Of a stretch of DNA of 64,000 nt, positions 62,409-64,000 are shown piece after piece. The notes under the pieces were generated by a model. The model had not been told where the DNA came from and searched no databases. It worked only from the letters and a program-made list of their open reading frames with translations. The stretch comes from Malacoraja senta (Eukaryota), in the NCBI GenBank assembly GCA_038087875.1, contig CM075987.1:24182001-24246000 (forward strand). Reading direction: 5' to 3'. The stretch's first letter is position 1. Each line of letters opens with the position of its first letter. The position numbers were made by a program, and so were the translations under genes.

Positions 62409-63026
62409 GGAGCAGGGAGGTTCTACTGCAGTTGTACAGGGTCTTGGTGAGACCACACCTGGAGTATTGCGTACAGTTTTGGTCTCCAAATCTGAGGAAG
62501 GACATTATAGTCATAGAGGGAGTGCAGAGAAGGTTCACCAGACTGATTCCTGGGATGTCAGGACTTTCATATGAAGAAAGACTGGATAGACTTGGCTTAT
62601 ACTCGCTAGAATTTAGGAGATTGAGAGGGGATCTTATAGAAACGTACAAAATTCTTATGGGGTTGGACAGGCTAGATGCAGGAAGATTGTTCCTGATGTT
62701 GGGGAAGTCCAGGACAAGGGGTCACAGCTTAAGGATAAGGGGGAAATCCTTTAAGACCGAGATGAGGAAAAACGTTTTCACACAGAGAGTGGTGAATCTC
62801 TGGAACTCTCTGCCACAGAGGGTAGTTGAGGCCAGTTCATTGGCTATATTTAAGAGGGAGTTAGATGTGGCCCTTGTGGCTAAAGGGATCAGGGGGTATG
62901 GAGAGAAGGCAGGTACAGGATACTGAGTTGGATGATCAGCCCTGATCATATTGAATGGCGGTGCAGGCTCGAAGGGCCGAATGGCCTACTCCTGCACCTA
63001 TTTTCTATGTATCTATGTATCTATGT
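62409..63026 (+). mobile_element. 5'-truncated CR1 LINE, same young subfamily as 11234-11861
   Basis: ORF 62432-62926 differs from ORF 11275-11769 at 5 of 164 residues; same 3' UTR and (CTATGTAT)n tail. Confidence 0.95.
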
Positions 63027-63179
63027 AAGTTCATAAGTTGCTGGAGCAGAATGTGGAGGGTTTAGCGGTTTGAGAAACGACTACTGGAGTTTCAACCAAA
63101 AACTTGATTCGAAAGTAAGTTGCAGTACACAGGTTTGTCAAACACGTCTGACCACATCGGTGGTCAGCACTGAACTAAC

Positions 63180-63290
63180 TCGCGCCAAGGGAAAACCGTG
63201 CGAAAACAACGGCCCCTCCCGGATCACGTGACCGCGGCTTCCGAACGCCGGGTTCGATATCTGCGTGCGCTAGGTGGCGCCGCTACAAGG
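63180..63290. promoter_or_regulatory. CpG-rich patch with an E-box and a CTCF-like motif
   Basis: About 17 CpG in 110 bp; TCACGTGAC at 63224-63232; GCGCTAGGTGGCGCC at 63267-63281. Confidence 0.4.
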
Positions 63291-64000
63291 GTGACGTTTC
63301 GAGTTCAGACATGCTGGTACTCCAGCATTTTGTGTCTATCTTCTTTTTTGATACAGTTTAGTTGCTTTTATACAGCTTTAAAATCCTATTACATCAATTT
63401 ACCCATCAAAACTCTTACTTATTTTAACCATATCCAAATTAATCTGCCATTACTGATTATTAATTTATTGTACTATTGATTATTGTTCATAGTAAGTTCA
63501 TACGTTCAAGGAGCAGAATTAGGCCATTCAGCCCATCAAGTCTACTCCGCCATTCAATCATGGCTAATCTATCTTTCCCTCTCAAATTCATTCTCCTGCC
63601 TTCTCCCCATAACCCCTGACACCCGTAACAATCAAGAATGTCAATCTCCGCCTTAAAAATATTGTGTCTTTATTTGTGTTATTGTATTAATGGGCTTGAA
63701 AAGCTACATTTCCAAGGCAAAGACTTTGTGTTCTCTTGTCACTGTCTTGAACAAAACTGTTCAAATCATTCTGATGCCAAGTTAAACCAGACCATTTATT
63801 CACATCACTCCAAAGCCTGCCTATTCTGTCTCTATATCTGATTCCACACTTATCTTAATTGTTCTACTCCCATAGTCTACATTCGCGATCTTTAGATTGG
63901 ATTATTGCTATTCGGTCTCCCTTATATCGTGCTCTTAAACTTGAGGTTATCCAAAATTCTGCCCAACTAACTTACAAGTAACCCTGAACTGGGCGGCACA

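Noticed and set aside
61969..62574. 201-aa ORF
   Set aside because: It runs from unique DNA into an alternative frame of a CR1 fragment and has no recognisable domain.

Overview
Repeat-rich vertebrate genomic DNA. The abundant HE1/V-SINE-like elements with CR1-type tails point to a cartilaginous fish (skate/ray/shark; inference). No intact cellular gene can be supported; the long ORFs come from retroelements. Main content: (1) a disrupted L1-clade ORF2 at 7946-12357, interrupted by a young CR1 and enclosed between Harbinger-type terminal inverted repeats (TIRs); two further L1 3' fragments. (2) About 20 tRNA-derived SINEs, many CR1 3' fragments, and L2 and Rex1/Babar fragments. (3) Many short Penelope-derived repeats carrying a minimal hammerhead-ribozyme core, often as fold-back inserts with 14-15 bp target-site duplications (TSDs). 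(4) Seven PIF/Harbinger-like MITEs, two hAT MITEs, and a 1.5 kb non-autonomous Helitron with a duplicated promoter-like cassette and a 48-bp minisatellite. (5) A 440-bp inverted duplication at 41.8-43.0 kb, and a 5.5 kb direct duplication around a 200-N gap that is probably an assembly artefact. A weak chain of minus-strand exon candidates and a CpG-rich CTCF/E-box patch near 63.2 kb suggest, but do not prove, that the window is intronic. All calls were made by eye; SINE and CR1 boundaries are approximate.
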